DNA from: Terriglobia bacterium
GTDB taxonomy: Bacteria > Acidobacteriota > Terriglobia > JAJPHL01 > JAPKYU01
Direction of reading: 5' to 3'
DNA length: 64,000 nt
NCBI GenBank assembly: GCA_965206645.1
Contig: CBDBKE010000002.1
Coordinates: 832,218-896,217 of the forward strand
The notes under the pieces are model-generated. The model ran no database searches and was not told the origin of the DNA. It worked only from the letters and a program-made list of their open reading frames with translations. Below, piece by piece: positions 8,327-18,853 of this stretch. The first letter of the stretch is position 1. Every line of letters starts with the position of its first letter. The translations under genes and the position numbers were made by a program.

Positions 8327-10321
8327 ATGAGTAACGGCGACCTGCACTGGATCGCGAACTATATCTGGGGGATCGCCGACGACGTCCTCCGAGACCTCTA
8401 CGTCCGCGGCAAGTACCGGGACGTCATCCTGCCGATGACGGTGCTGCGCCGGCTGGACGCGGTGCTGGTGGATAGCAAGCCGAACGTGCTCGAGATGAAG
8501 GCGGTGCTCGACCAAACCGGCGTCGTCGAGCAGGACGCGGCCCTCCGGCAGGCGGCGGGACAGGCCTTCTCCAACACCTCGAAGTTCACCCTGCACGACC
8601 TCCGGGCGCGCGCTAGCCGGCAGCAGCTCAGGGCCGACTTCGAGGCCTACCTCGACGGCTTCTCGCCCAACGTACAGGACATTCTCGAGAACTTCGAGTT
8701 CCGTAACCAGATCCCGCGGCTCTCGAAGGCCGACGCCTTGGGTACGCTCATCGAGAAGCTCACCTCGCCGGACATCAACCTCAGCCCCGCCCCGGCAAGG
8801 CACGCTGACGGCTCGGTCCGGTCTCCCGGCCTCGACAACCACGGGATGGGCTCGATCTTCGAGGAGTTGGTCCGCCGCTTCAACGAAGAGAACAACGAGG
8901 AGGCGGGCGAGCACTGGACGCCGCGCGACGCCGTACGGCTGATGGCGAAGCTCGTCTTCCTCCCCGTCGTCGACGAGCTCAAGTCTGGCACCTACCTGCT
9001 CTATGACGGCGCCTGCGGCACCGGCGGCATGCTCACGGTGGCCGAGGAAACGCTGCGGCAGCTTTCGGCCGAGCACGGCAAGGACGTCTCGACGCATCTG
9101 TTCGGCCAGGAGATCAACGCCGAGACCTACGCCATCTGCACGGCCGACCTGCTGCTCAAGGGCGAGGGCGAGGCGGCCGACAACATCGTCGGCGGCCCGG
9201 AGCACTCCACCCTCGCCAACGACGCCTTCCCGTCCCGCGAGTTCGACTTCATGCTCTCCAACCCGCCCTACGGCAAGAGCTGGAAGACCGACCTGGAGCG
9301 CATGGGCGGCAAGAAGGATATGCGCGACCCGCGCTTCGTCATCGAGCACGCCGGCGATCCCGAGTACTCCCTGGTCACCCGCTCCAGCGACAGTCAGATG
9401 CTTTTCCTCGCCAACAAGCTCTCGAAGATGAAGCAGGACACGCCGCTCGGCAGCCGCATCGCCGAGGAGCACAACGGTAGCTCGCTGTTCACCGGCGATG
9501 CCGGCCAGGGTGAGAGCAACATCCGCCGCTGGATCATCGAGAACGACTGGCTGGAGGCGATCGTCGCCCTGCCGCTCAACATGTTCTACAACACCGGCAT
9601 CGCCACCTACCTCTGGGTGCTCACCAACCGGAAGCCCGAGCACCGCCGGGGCAAGGTGCAGTTGATCGACGCCACGACGTGGTACCGGCCGCTCCGCAAG
9701 AACTTGGGCAAGAAGAACTGCGAACTGGCCGAGGACGACATCGCCCGCATCTGCAACGTTTTCCTCGCCTTCGAGGAAACCGAGGAGAGCCGCATCTTCG
9801 ACAACGCCGCGTTCGGCTACTGGAAGGTGACCGTCGAACGGCCGTTGCGCATCGAGGCCGCCGACCCGAACCGCGTCTACAAGGCGGTCGAGATCAAGGC
9901 GCTGAAGGAGACCGGCAAACGCAGCGATGCGGCGCCGGTCCTCCGGAAGATCCACAAGCGCGGCACGGAGGCCGACCCGCTGCGCGGCCTGTTCGCGGCC
10001 AACGTCAACGGCCGGCCGGCTGTCGTGGAGTACGAGCCGGATACCGACCTGCGCGACACCGAGGAGATCCCGCTGCAGGAAGACGGCGGCATCGAGGCGT
10101 TCCTGCGGCGCGAGGTCCTGCCGTACGCGGCCGACGCCTGGTACCAGGCGGACAGTGTGAAGGTCGGCTACGAGATCAGCTTCACGCGCTACTTCTACGC
10201 GCCGAAGCCGATGCGGACGCTGGCAGAGATTCGGGCGGATATTCTGGCGCTGGAGCAGGAGACGGAGGGGCTGCTGGCCGAGATCCTCGGCGGCGACGAA
10301 CAGCGGGAGACGACTGCATGA
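8327..10321 (+). CDS. hsdM: Type I restriction-modification N6-adenine methyltransferase subunit
   Basis: IWGIADDVLRD, VILPMTVLRRLD, AGEHWTPRD, YDGACGTGGML, NPPY, FYNTGIATY, GYEISFTRYFY. Confidence 0.95.
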   Translation: MSNGDLHWIANYIWGIADDVLRDLYVRGKYRDVILPMTVLRRLDAVLVDSKPNVLEMKAVLDQTGVVEQDAALRQAAGQAFSNTSKFTLHDLRARASRQQLRADFEAYLDGFSPNVQDILENFEFRNQIPRLSKADALGTLIEKLTSPDINLSPAPARHADGSVRSPGLDNHGMGSIFEELVRRFNEENNEEAGEHWTPRDAVRLMAKLVFLPVVDELKSGTYLLYDGACGTGGMLTVAEETLRQLSAEHGKDVSTHLFGQEINAETYAICTADLLLKGEGEAADNIVGGPEHSTLANDAFPSREFDFMLSNPPYGKSWKTDLERMGGKKDMRDPRFVIEHAGDPEYSLVTRSSDSQMLFLANKLSKMKQDTPLGSRIAEEHNGSSLFTGDAGQGESNIRRWIIENDWLEAIVALPLNMFYNTGIATYLWVLTNRKPEHRRGKVQLIDATTWYRPLRKNLGKKNCELAEDDIARICNVFLAFEETEESRIFDNAAFGYWKVTVERPLRIEAADPNRVYKAVEIKALKETGKRSDAAPVLRKIHKRGTEADPLRGLFAANVNGRPAVVEYEPDTDLRDTEEIPLQEDGGIEAFLRREVLPYAADAWYQADSVKVGYEISFTRYFYAPKPMRTLAEIRADILALEQETEGLLAEILGGDEQRETTA

Positions 10322-10530
10322 CTGAGATCATCTTCGAAATCACCGAAGACGAAATGGACGGCGGGTACTCGGCAAACGCCCTCGGGTACGGCATTCACAC
10401 CCAGGGCGAGTCTGTCGAGGAGATCCGCAGCAACGTCAAGGAGGCCGTCGACTGCTACTTCGACGACACCATGCCGCGACCGAAGTTGATCCGGTTGCAC
10501 TTCGTGCGGGACGAGGTTCTCGTGGCATGA
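10318..10530 (+). CDS. hicB: HicB-like antitoxin (no DNA-binding domain)
   Basis: MTEIIFEITED..GGYSA...IHTQGES.EE.RSNVKEAV. ATGA overlaps with hsdM and hicA. Confidence 0.8.
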   Translation: MTEIIFEITEDEMDGGYSANALGYGIHTQGESVEEIRSNVKEAVDCYFDDTMPRPKLIRLHFVRDEVLVA

Positions 10531-10769
10531 AGTTGCCCCGCAACGTGAGCGGCGCGACGCTGCAAGCGGCGCTTCGACGCCTGGGGTACGACACCGTGCG
10601 ACAGCGAGGCTCCCACGTGCGGATCACGACGCGGATCAACGGTGAACATCATGAGGTGATCCCGCTGCACACTCCGATCAGGACGAAGACGCTGTCGAGC
10701 ATCCTGAAGAGCGTTGCCAGGCACCACGAAATAACCGTCGAAGAGCTTCTCCGTGAACTCGACCTGTGA
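10527..10769 (+). CDS. hicA: HicA mRNA interferase toxin
   Basis: LRRLGY..VRQRGSHVR...IPLH..I..TLSSIL. Confidence 0.9.
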   Translation: MKLPRNVSGATLQAALRRLGYDTVRQRGSHVRITTRINGEHHEVIPLHTPIRTKTLSSILKSVARHHEITVEELLRELDL

Positions 10770-10785
10770 ACTCGGGGAGCGAGCG

Positions 10786-11105
10786 ATGAAGGACGCGCCG
10801 AAGGTCTATCTCGCCAGGGCTGGTCGACATGGCGACGACGAGGATTACGCACTTGAGCATAACCTCGCCGTGATCGGCTTCCTGGAGGTGCCGTCTCTGG
10901 CAGGCGCACAAGACTACGACGCGATGGTCCAGCTCGTGCAAGACGCGTTGCCCGATGGGAAGCCTCGCGCCCTCGGGAACTTTGCCAGACAACTGTGGGC
11001 TTTCGCGGAGGCAATGCAGGAGGGCGACCTCGTCGTCTTGCCACGCAAGATCACGTCGCAGATCGCTATTGGCCTGGTCACGGGGCCGTATCGATACGCC
11101 GAGGT
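10786..11105 (+). pseudogene. Mrr-like restriction protein, N-terminal part, truncated by IS3
   Basis: VYLARAGRHG, AVIGF, QLWAF..MQEGDLVVLP, IAIGLVTGPYRY. The nuclease domain is missing. Confidence 0.65.
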
Positions 11106-12355
11106 TAACCAGACCGATTTTTTGTACCAACCGTAGTGAGAGTTTACATCGCAGCCTGGGGCTGTGAAACTGGTTTCAGTGGCAGGGGAGGGCTATAGGC
11201 CCCCGGCGCCGGGGGCCTATAGCCGAGCGCCGAGTGCGGCCGCACCGTGTTGTATTGCACCCTCCACTGTTCAATCACCACCTGTGCCTCCTTCAACGAG
11301 TAGAAGATCTCTCCATTCAGGCATTCGTCCCGCAGCTTCCCATTGAAACTCTCGCAGTACCCGTTCTCCCAGGGACTGCCCGGTTCGATGTACAGTGTCC
11401 CGGTCCCTAGATTTGCCAACCACTGGCGCAGTTGTTTGGCGATGAACTCGGGACCATTGTCGGATCGAATCTGTTCCGGTATCCCTCGCCACAACATCAC
11501 GTCCGACAACGCCTCAATGATTTGTTGGCTGCCCATCCTCCGCTCCACCCGGATCGCCAGGCATTCCCGCGTGTACTCATCCAGCAAGGTCAGCAGCCGC
11601 AGCGTTCTCCCCTCGTGCGTTCTGGCACTCATGAAGTCGTAGCTCCACACGTGGTTCGGTCGCTCCGGCCTCAGTCGTACACAGGAACCGTCGTTCAGCC
11701 ACAGCCGTCCTCGCGGCCTTTGTTTTTGCGGCACTTTTAGCCCTTCCCGCCGCCAAATCCGCTGCGCCCGGTCCTTGCCCACTTCCCAGCCCGCACTCCG
11801 CAGCAACGCTGTGATCCTCCGGTAGCCATATCGCCCGTGCTTCGCTCCCAGGGCAATGATCGCTCGGGTCAGAGCATCCTCGTCCACCCGATGAATCGGC
11901 TCGTATCGTTGTGTCCCTCGCCATTGCCCCAGCAGCCGGCAGGCATGCCGTTCCGACAACCCGTGTTGCTCCCACGCACGCTCCACCGCACAACGCCGCC
12001 GCTCAGGGCTCAGAAGTTTCCCTGTGCCACATCCCGCAGCACCTGCTTCTCCAGAGAAAGCTCCGCTACCAACCGCTTCAGCCGCGTGTTTTCCTTCTCC
12101 AACTCCTTTAGCCGTTTTGCCTGCACCACCTTCAGCCCGCCGTATTCCTTCCGCCACCGGTAGTAGGTTTGGGTGTGGATTCCAGCTTCTTTGCAGGCTT
12201 GGGGCGCAGTCTTCCCGTTCCCCATCTGCACTTCTATCTGCCGTAGCACCGCTACAATCTGCTCCGGCTTGTAACTCCTTGTCGGCATGACCTCACTTCC
12301 TCCTCAAGTGGATTCTCTCTCTTTCCACTTGGTACAAAAAGTGCCGGTCAGGTCA
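11106..12355 (-). mobile_element. IS3-family element, second copy of the 4559 element
   Basis: Near-identical 1250 bp. No TSD, and it truncates genes on both sides. Confidence 0.95.
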
Positions 12356-12977
12356 TCACCGATAGGCTACCCCACTTTTTGAGCAGGCCAGGAGTCACGC
12401 GGTAGGCTCCATCGCGCCATTCGCCAATTGGAACGCACCTGGTCAGGCGCCCGGATACAGACAGCTTCGCACGGACAACAATGTCACGAGCAGCGATCTT
12501 GAGCCTTCGCGTATGGGCGTTGCTCTTGTACTGATCAGGAAGAACCGACCTGGCAGGCAGCACGTTATCAACCACGTACAGTCCGACCAACCCGTAGACT
12601 AGTTTTCGGCTTGCTCGAACCGACCGAAGGCCAGCATAGAAAACCAGCAGGTCACCCTCAGATAGATGCTTGATTCCGGCCCCGCGCTTGTCACCGTTGT
12701 CGCCATAGGTCAGCCAATCAAAGTCGGGGTCTAGGTGCATTGCGCGACGAAGCAAACTTCGCGGGAGTCCCAAACTGCTTTCAAGGTCAAGCTCGAACCT
12801 TAAAGCAAACCGCTGAAGAGCTGGAAGTACCTCACGGTACGATCGCTCCAGACCAGGCCGGAAGGCACGCTTTTCGGGAATTGGTACGTAGACGAAGTGA
12901 CCGGATTCTGGATCAACCGGAGCGTTCCATTGCCCGTACGTTTGGTCCACACCCACTCGAATTAGAATCGCTTCCAT
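12356..12977 (-). CDS. Nmad3-like nucleotide-modification-associated protein, C-terminus clipped by IS3
   Basis: ILIRVGVD, FVYVPIPE, HLDPDF..LTYGD, GDLLVFYAGL, NAH. Confidence 0.7.
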
Positions 12978-12992
12978 CTCTGGTAAAGGTTA

Positions 12993-13433
12993 CTACTCGA
13001 CCTCAAAGCCGCCGCTCCTAGCACAGAAGTCAGCGAATTCCCGAATCACTCGACGCGCGCCGGAGTCCAGTTTGAATGGGATCGATTCACTCTTGGAGAA
13101 ATAGCGGGCCGTGCTTTTCTCCTCGGCATTGCCCAATTGCTCAAAGATCTCAAGATAGGCTCTATTCGCCGCCTTCGCAGCTTCATTGTGTTCGGCGAGG
13201 TCGACTATCAGATTTCTGCCTTTCAGCCATGTTCCGAGGCTTTCGGCGATTTGTTTGGATTGTAACGGTGTTATCAAATGCGCGTCGTTTCCCGCGAATT
13301 TCTTATAGACGAGAGTTTCCTTTACTTCCGCCATCATCATTGAAGTTCGCAGTAAGGTCATCTGGTAGACATTGGCTCGAAAATAGCCTTTCTCGCCGAG
13401 GTCCCTGTCTTTAGCAACCAGATCGAATCCCAT
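12993..13433 (-). CDS. Uncharacterised 146-aa protein with a phage-hypothetical-like pattern
   Basis: MGFDL...YFRANV...ND..LIT..QSKQIA...IREFADFCARSGGFEV. It ends 15 bp before the Nmad3 start. Confidence 0.6.
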   Translation of the reverse strand: MGFDLVAKDRDLGEKGYFRANVYQMTLLRTSMMMAEVKETLVYKKFAGNDAHLITPLQSKQIAESLGTWLKGRNLIVDLAEHNEAAKAANRAYLEIFEQLGNAEEKSTARYFSKSESIPFKLDSGARRVIREFADFCARSGGFEVE

Positions 13434-13616
13434 TGTAGAAACGTCCCTATCCTACGAAAAATGAACCGGTTCCCGCAAATGTGTGTTTTTGCGCGCGCGA
13501 CGCGCACGTGCGAAGGGCTCTGTCCCCAGGGGCCTTCCTGGAAGCGTCACGAAAGCCTGGAGGCACTCTTGATGCGTTCGTCCACTCCCTCTCTGAAATT
13601 CAGGCAAGATACGTAT

Positions 13617-14223
13617 TCAATTCGACCCTCGAAGCCCCCCCCCCTTCCTCCTGTGCAAGAACAGCTTGCCGCCCTCATCGTGAATATGAACGTGCCAATA
13701 CATCTTCCCGTCATCGCGTCTCGTTTCGTACATCTCTGAGACCCAAGGATCGAAGTCCTTATAAGGAATCAACACTAGCTTGCTCGCCGAGCCACATCCG
13801 AAGGCGACATAGCCCATCTTTGCGTTGAGAAGCATCTCTCGCTGATGAGAATGAAAGGCAAACCAATACTTCTTCCCTGTCGGCATCTCGTACTCTTTCG
13901 ACACGGCACAAACGAAGGCAACTTCTTCATCACTCGTCGTGAATGTCGCTCTTGATTGCCTCACTAGCGTGTGCCCTAGCTTTTCACTGATTCTTTGGAT
14001 ACAGGCACCGTGGAAACTGACCGGTGTAAATGCTTTCTCAGTGCCGGCCGATTTGTCGTCATCCGCGTCCTCAGGCTGGACTTCCTCCTGAATGTCTTCC
14101 TTCGCAGAAAACAATAGGTCTACTCTGCCGTCGACTCTTGTGAATTCCTGCGGATTTAAGATTGCGCGAATTCGAACCGCAGTCTGTGGGTCTTCTACGC
14201 CCTCTTTAATGCCAAGCAGCTTG
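13617..14223 (-). pseudogene. Uncharacterised protein, 5'-truncated by IS3
   Basis: Lower-GC protein-like ORF (VCAVSKEY, YWFAFHSHQ, YWHVHI) running into the IS IR. A G10 tract lies near the 3' end. Confidence 0.6.
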
Positions 14224-15503
14224 TGACCTGCCGGCTTTCTTCGGACCACCGATTACTGGAGAACAGCGCCAGTCGGCATGGTTAAGTCGCTCTCGTGTTC
14301 TTCTTGGTCAGCGTGAGCCGGCATCGCCGGCGAGCGCCCACCGTCATCCGAGCCAGCACGGAGCTGCGCTTTGAACTCGGCTGGCGTCAGATAGCCAAGG
14401 CTCGAGTGCGGTCGCACGTCGTTGTAGTGCCGTCGCCATTGCTCGATCCCCACCTTCGCGTCCACGCGGTTCCGAAACCACTGCAGGCTCAGATACTCGT
14501 CGCGGAACTTCCCGTTGAACGATTCGTCGGTCGCATTCTGCCACGGCTTCCCCGGCTTGATGAGCGCGGTTTCGATCTGCGCCTGGAGCAGCCACCGGAG
14601 AATCGCACCCGCGACAAACTCGGGGCCGTTGTCGGACCGGAGGTAACGTGGGGCTCCGTGGAGGCTCACGAGCTGCGTGAGCACCTCGATAACGCGCCCG
14701 GACCGAATGCCGCCGGCCACGTCGATCGCGAGTGACTCGCGGGTCCATTCGTCGACGACGGTGAGGCACTTGAGCGTCTGCCCATTCGCGCAGGTGTCGA
14801 ACACGAAGTCGTACGCCCAGACGTGATTGACCGCAGTGGCGGGCACCGGGCGGGGCCGGCTCAGGGCGACCCGGCGCCGCGGCCGCCGCCGAGGCACCTG
14901 CAACCCCGCCTGGCGCCAGAGGCGATGGGTCCGGTCCGTGCTCATCGTGTGCCCTTCGCGTTTTAGGAAAATCCGAATCCGGCGATAGCCGTACCGCGGA
15001 TACTGCGCCGCCAGACGACGCATCGCGGCCAGCGCCGGGGCATCCCGGTCGACCAGCCGCGACTGGTAGCCCAGCGTGGACCGTGCGACGGAGAGCAAGG
15101 CGCACGCGCGGCGACCCGACAGACCGCGTGCACGTGCATACGCGACCTGCGGCCGGCGCACGCGTGCGCCTACCATTTTTTTCGGGTGATCTCCTTGAGC
15201 ACGTCGATCTCCAGATCTCGATCGGCCACCATCTTTTTCAGCCGGCCGTTCTCCTGCTCGAGCTGCCGCAGCCGCTTCACATCGGCGGGCTCCAACGTGC
15301 CGAAGTGTTTCCGCCAGGCGTAGAGCGTCTGGGCGCTGACGCCGTTCTTTTTGGCCACCTCCGGAACGGGCCGCTGATCGGCCTCGCGGAGGATCGTCAC
15401 CATCTGCTCTTCGGTAAACCGGGTCTTCTTCATGGCTCCCTCGTTTCTCCGAGGGCGCCATTCTCTCAGGCTTCGGCTGGTCCGGAAATCGCCAGGCAGG
15501 TCA
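14224..15503 (-). mobile_element. IS3-family element, distinct type (orfA 15170-15433; orfB to 14253)
   Basis: TGACCTGCC IRs, A7 slippery site, DDE motifs. A second copy is at 49898. No TSD here. Confidence 0.95.
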
Positions 15504-16628
15504 CCCCCAATCGATCCAGTTTAGGGAATTAACCGAGAAGCCTTGATGCCAGACGCGCGTCTTGGTGGACTCTAAAAACGGAATACTCTTGAGCGCATGG
15601 TGCTCCGAATCAGCCAGGGTGACTAGTTGAATGGGCACCCGCCGGTGCCCAAAGTATGTCTTATCGCCGCCCCTTTGATAGCGGGCGATAAGCCCACCCA
15701 GCGCCTCGTATGCATAGCTGTCATACGAAGGGAATGAGTATCCAATTATGACTATGGACGAAAAGGCACCCAGCGTCCGGTGAAGATTCTCCCAGAGGTC
15801 TAGGATGGCATCGTATCCAAGCAGCTTGTCATAGGCCGGAGGGAGGACGAAGGGGACCACATTTGTCGCCCCGGGACCGCCCCCTATGGGGAAGTATTCT
15901 GTGTGATTGGGGACACGAAAGACTCGTGGCAGGATGTGACTCCCGAACGCCTCCGTCGGGCCTCGTGAAAGAGGCTCTGATGGAACTGACGGAGATGGGC
16001 CGAAGATCGGATCCCGGTTCGGCACATCGTGACCTTCTTCTGTGTGCCAGCGCATTGCGTCGTCATGGTAGTAACGATCGTACCAGTCAATCGACCCGTG
16101 GAGTTTAAGTAGGTCAACGAACTTTGGTTCAAATCCACCTGGGTCCGTTTTGAGCCACCACTCAGGAGTCAGGGTGTACGGCTTGCCGATGTCGTCGAGG
16201 GCTTGCTCTAAGAGAGTGTCGTAGTTGAAGGTCAGCACAACGTCATTCGGGCATAGCCGCTCAGCGAAATCCCGATACAGAGTTGGAGTGTCGCTTGGCG
16301 TTGCTTGAATGAGTATCCGTTGGATCGCTGTTCGTGCAGCGGCTATTGATCGGCTGCCATGCTCGAAGTACTCGTCGGAACCCAATAGGCGCAGGTAGTG
16401 CTTCCGATGACTATATGCCAGTACGCGTTCCAGATCGATCGACTGACCTGGATACAGCGAGGCCCACTCTCCGATCTCTTGTTCCAGAGAGCCTTCCCAA
16501 CCAAAGTCACGAAAGTTGCCTCGGACGTCCTCTCGGACGCGTTCAAGGAGGCTTTTGGCAAGTGGTAGGCCAGCAGGTGCTGAAAAGCCAGCCCCGAGTA
16601 TGAATAGACGGCAAAAGGGGAGGTCCAT
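15501..16628 (-). CDS. SIR2-like (SIR2_2) putative NADase
   Basis: FILGAGFS..AGLP, TFNYDTLLE, LLKLHGSIDW, IIGYSF. The stop codon is supplied by the IS end. Confidence 0.85.
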   Translation of the reverse strand: MDLPFCRLFILGAGFSAPAGLPLAKSLLERVREDVRGNFRDFGWEGSLEQEIGEWASLYPGQSIDLERVLAYSHRKHYLRLLGSDEYFEHGSRSIAAARTAIQRILIQATPSDTPTLYRDFAERLCPNDVVLTFNYDTLLEQALDDIGKPYTLTPEWWLKTDPGGFEPKFVDLLKLHGSIDWYDRYYHDDAMRWHTEEGHDVPNRDPIFGPSPSVPSEPLSRGPTEAFGSHILPRVFRVPNHTEYFPIGGGPGATNVVPFVLPPAYDKLLGYDAILDLWENLHRTLGAFSSIVIIGYSFPSYDSYAYEALGGLIARYQRGGDKTYFGHRRVPIQLVTLADSEHHALKSIPFLESTKTRVWHQGFSVNSLNWIDWG

Positions 16629-16828
16629 GTTCTTAATGTCTAGTTCTCAAGTTCTCAATGTTTAGTGGTGGAGCCGACACGTCCGCCGAGCATGAGGAAC
16701 GCTCGCTCAGGCACTAGTCTCAAACAGCCTTCCTTCCAGCTAGCGGACTTCCCGCGTTTCGGCCTCAATCTAACCCCCGACATTTCGGGTCTATGCATAC
16801 TAGGCAAGACGAACTGACAAAAGTCTCA

Positions 16829-17791
16829 TCACCTTCCCGCTCCTTTCGATTTGCCTTTTGCCCGCCGCCGTTTCGGTTTCGCCTTCATCACGGCTGCCAG
16901 CGGCGCTCGCATTTTCTCATAGAGCATGAACAGATGTTCGACGCGTTCCCGCTCGGACGCGAAGCCTTTCGCGCGGTAGAGCCGATCCACGGCACGGTCC
17001 AGGGCTTGGTGCGAGCGGCGCAGGTTGGGCGGCATCAGGTCGGGATCGTAGAGGTCGGCCAGCGTTGCGCCCGGATGGGCGGCGCGGGCGTCAAGCACGG
17101 ATTGCGCGAGCGACTCCAGTTTCGACAGGTCCGAGCTTTCATTCCCGAAGCCGGGCGGCGTCGGAAACGTGTTGTAGACGAGACCACTAGAGTAGCGGTA
17201 ATCGCTTTTCAGGCGCCCTCCGACATGGCGCAGCCAGGCCATGTGCATGGCGGAGGTGAGTAGCGCGAAGAGATGCAATGTCGTGTTTTGAATGATCAAT
17301 AGCTGATTGCTGGGAATAACGGGAGGCTCCAAATATCCGATTGGAACGTATTCCCGTCGTTCGGAACTCACTTCGGGCACGACCAGGAATTCGGCGCTGG
17401 GAACAACGGTTACGTGAAACTCTGTCGGCCGATTCGCAAGCGATCTTGCCAACTTACCCGCGTAATTTGTTCTAAACTCCCTGACGGCCTGGACCCGTTT
17501 CAGCACACTCGGCATGGATCGTAGTAAGGATGGCAGAGCACCTGATGTCAGGAGTATCCATCGCTCCAGGCCGTTGATATGTTCGCGACCGCCGATAAAG
17601 GGCCTGAGCAGGCGGGTAGCCTCCGGCTCCCGTGTCAGGAGTTCCTCTCTTTCCTCCCTGTCCAGGATATAGTGGCCGCCATCGACAGGCTTGGTGCCGA
17701 CACCGATTTTGCGAAGGTTGGATATGGCGTTTCGACGTCTATCAACTACGAGATGAGAATTGCCCAAGTGGCTCGCGTCTACGAGATAGGG
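16829..17791 (-). pseudogene. MmeI-like type IIG/IIL restriction-modification enzyme, C-terminal part, truncated by IS5
   Basis: VSSERREYVPIGY, SAMHMAWLRHVGGRLKSDYRYS..LVYNTFP, TLADLYDPDLMP, LDRAVDRLY. Confidence 0.9.
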
Positions 17792-18853
17792 GGCGTTGTT
17801 GCAGAAATCTGCCTCCATCCCCAACGCTCTCCCCCCTGATAGGCTAGGGGATGGGCAAAAGCGACTACACCTTCCGATATAAGGTTCGCAACTGGCCGGA
17901 GTACAACCGGGCTCTGGTGAAACGTGGGCAGCTGACACTGTGGTTCGACACGGAGGCAGTCGCTGCCTGGCGTCATCCAGGACCCTTCGAAGGGCGAGGC
18001 CGGCCCAAGGTCTACGCAGATGCGGCGATCCAATGTGCGCTGGTCCTGAATTCGGTGTTTCACCTCAACCTACGGACCACTCAAGGGTTCCTTCAATCCA
18101 TCGTGGCGCTCATGGCTCTCGACCTCCCAGTGCCCAACTACAGCACGGTGAGCCGAAGGCAAAGCGCCGTCGACGTCCGACTGAGTGTAGGGCCCACGGA
18201 TCGACCACGACATGTCGTCATCGATTCGACGGGCCTGAAGATCTACGGAGCCGGTGAGTGGCACATCAGAAAACACCGAACCCTCCGCCGTAGGACATGG
18301 CGAAAGCTCCACCTAGGCGTCGATGAGACGACGAAAGAGATCGTTGCGATGGACCTGACTGCGAGCAACGTCCACGACGCCCGAAGGCTCTCTTCGTTGC
18401 TGTCTAAGACTCCTGGTTCGATCGGGCAAGTCTCCGCAGACCGGGCCTACGACACGGGTTCCTGCTACGAGGCCGTACTCCAGCACGACGCTATCGTGAC
18501 GATCTTGCCGCGACGCAATGCACGATGCAGCCGAGACTCTCATCCGCCTCCGTGGCGTGCGATGCGTGATACCCATCTCCGGCGTATTAGGACACAGGGC
18601 CGTTATGAGTGGCGGAAGTCGAGTGGCTGCACTCGCCAGAGCGTGGCGGAGAATGCGGTCTCACGGTACAAGGCGATACTCGGGGTAAGCCTCTCGGCCC
18701 GCACGGTCAAGAACCAAAAAGTCGAAGCCGCGATCAAGTGCGCTGTGCTGAACCGGATGGCGGAGCTTGGAATGCCACGATCGGAGCGCGTGTACTGAGG
18801 CGGATGAGCTTCTCGGCCCGGTTCGCCGCGAGCGCGAATTACGCAACAACGCC
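17792..18853 (+). mobile_element. Complete IS5-family (IS903-like) element, transposase 17851-18798
   Basis: IRs GGCGTTGTTGC / GCAACAACGCC; NWPEYNRALVKRG, IDSTGLK, WRKLHLGVD, ADRAYD. No TSD seen. Confidence 0.95.

Noticed and set aside
8231-9955. 574-aa minus-strand ORF
   Set aside because: Antisense shadow of GC3-rich hsdM with no motifs. The same applies to long antisense ORFs over the TonB receptor, S8, pfkA, mfd and others.
17792-17938. N-terminal 50 aa of the 369-aa MmeI-like ORF
   Set aside because: Derived from the antisense strand of the IS5 left end; the same peptide appears at 4224-4433.
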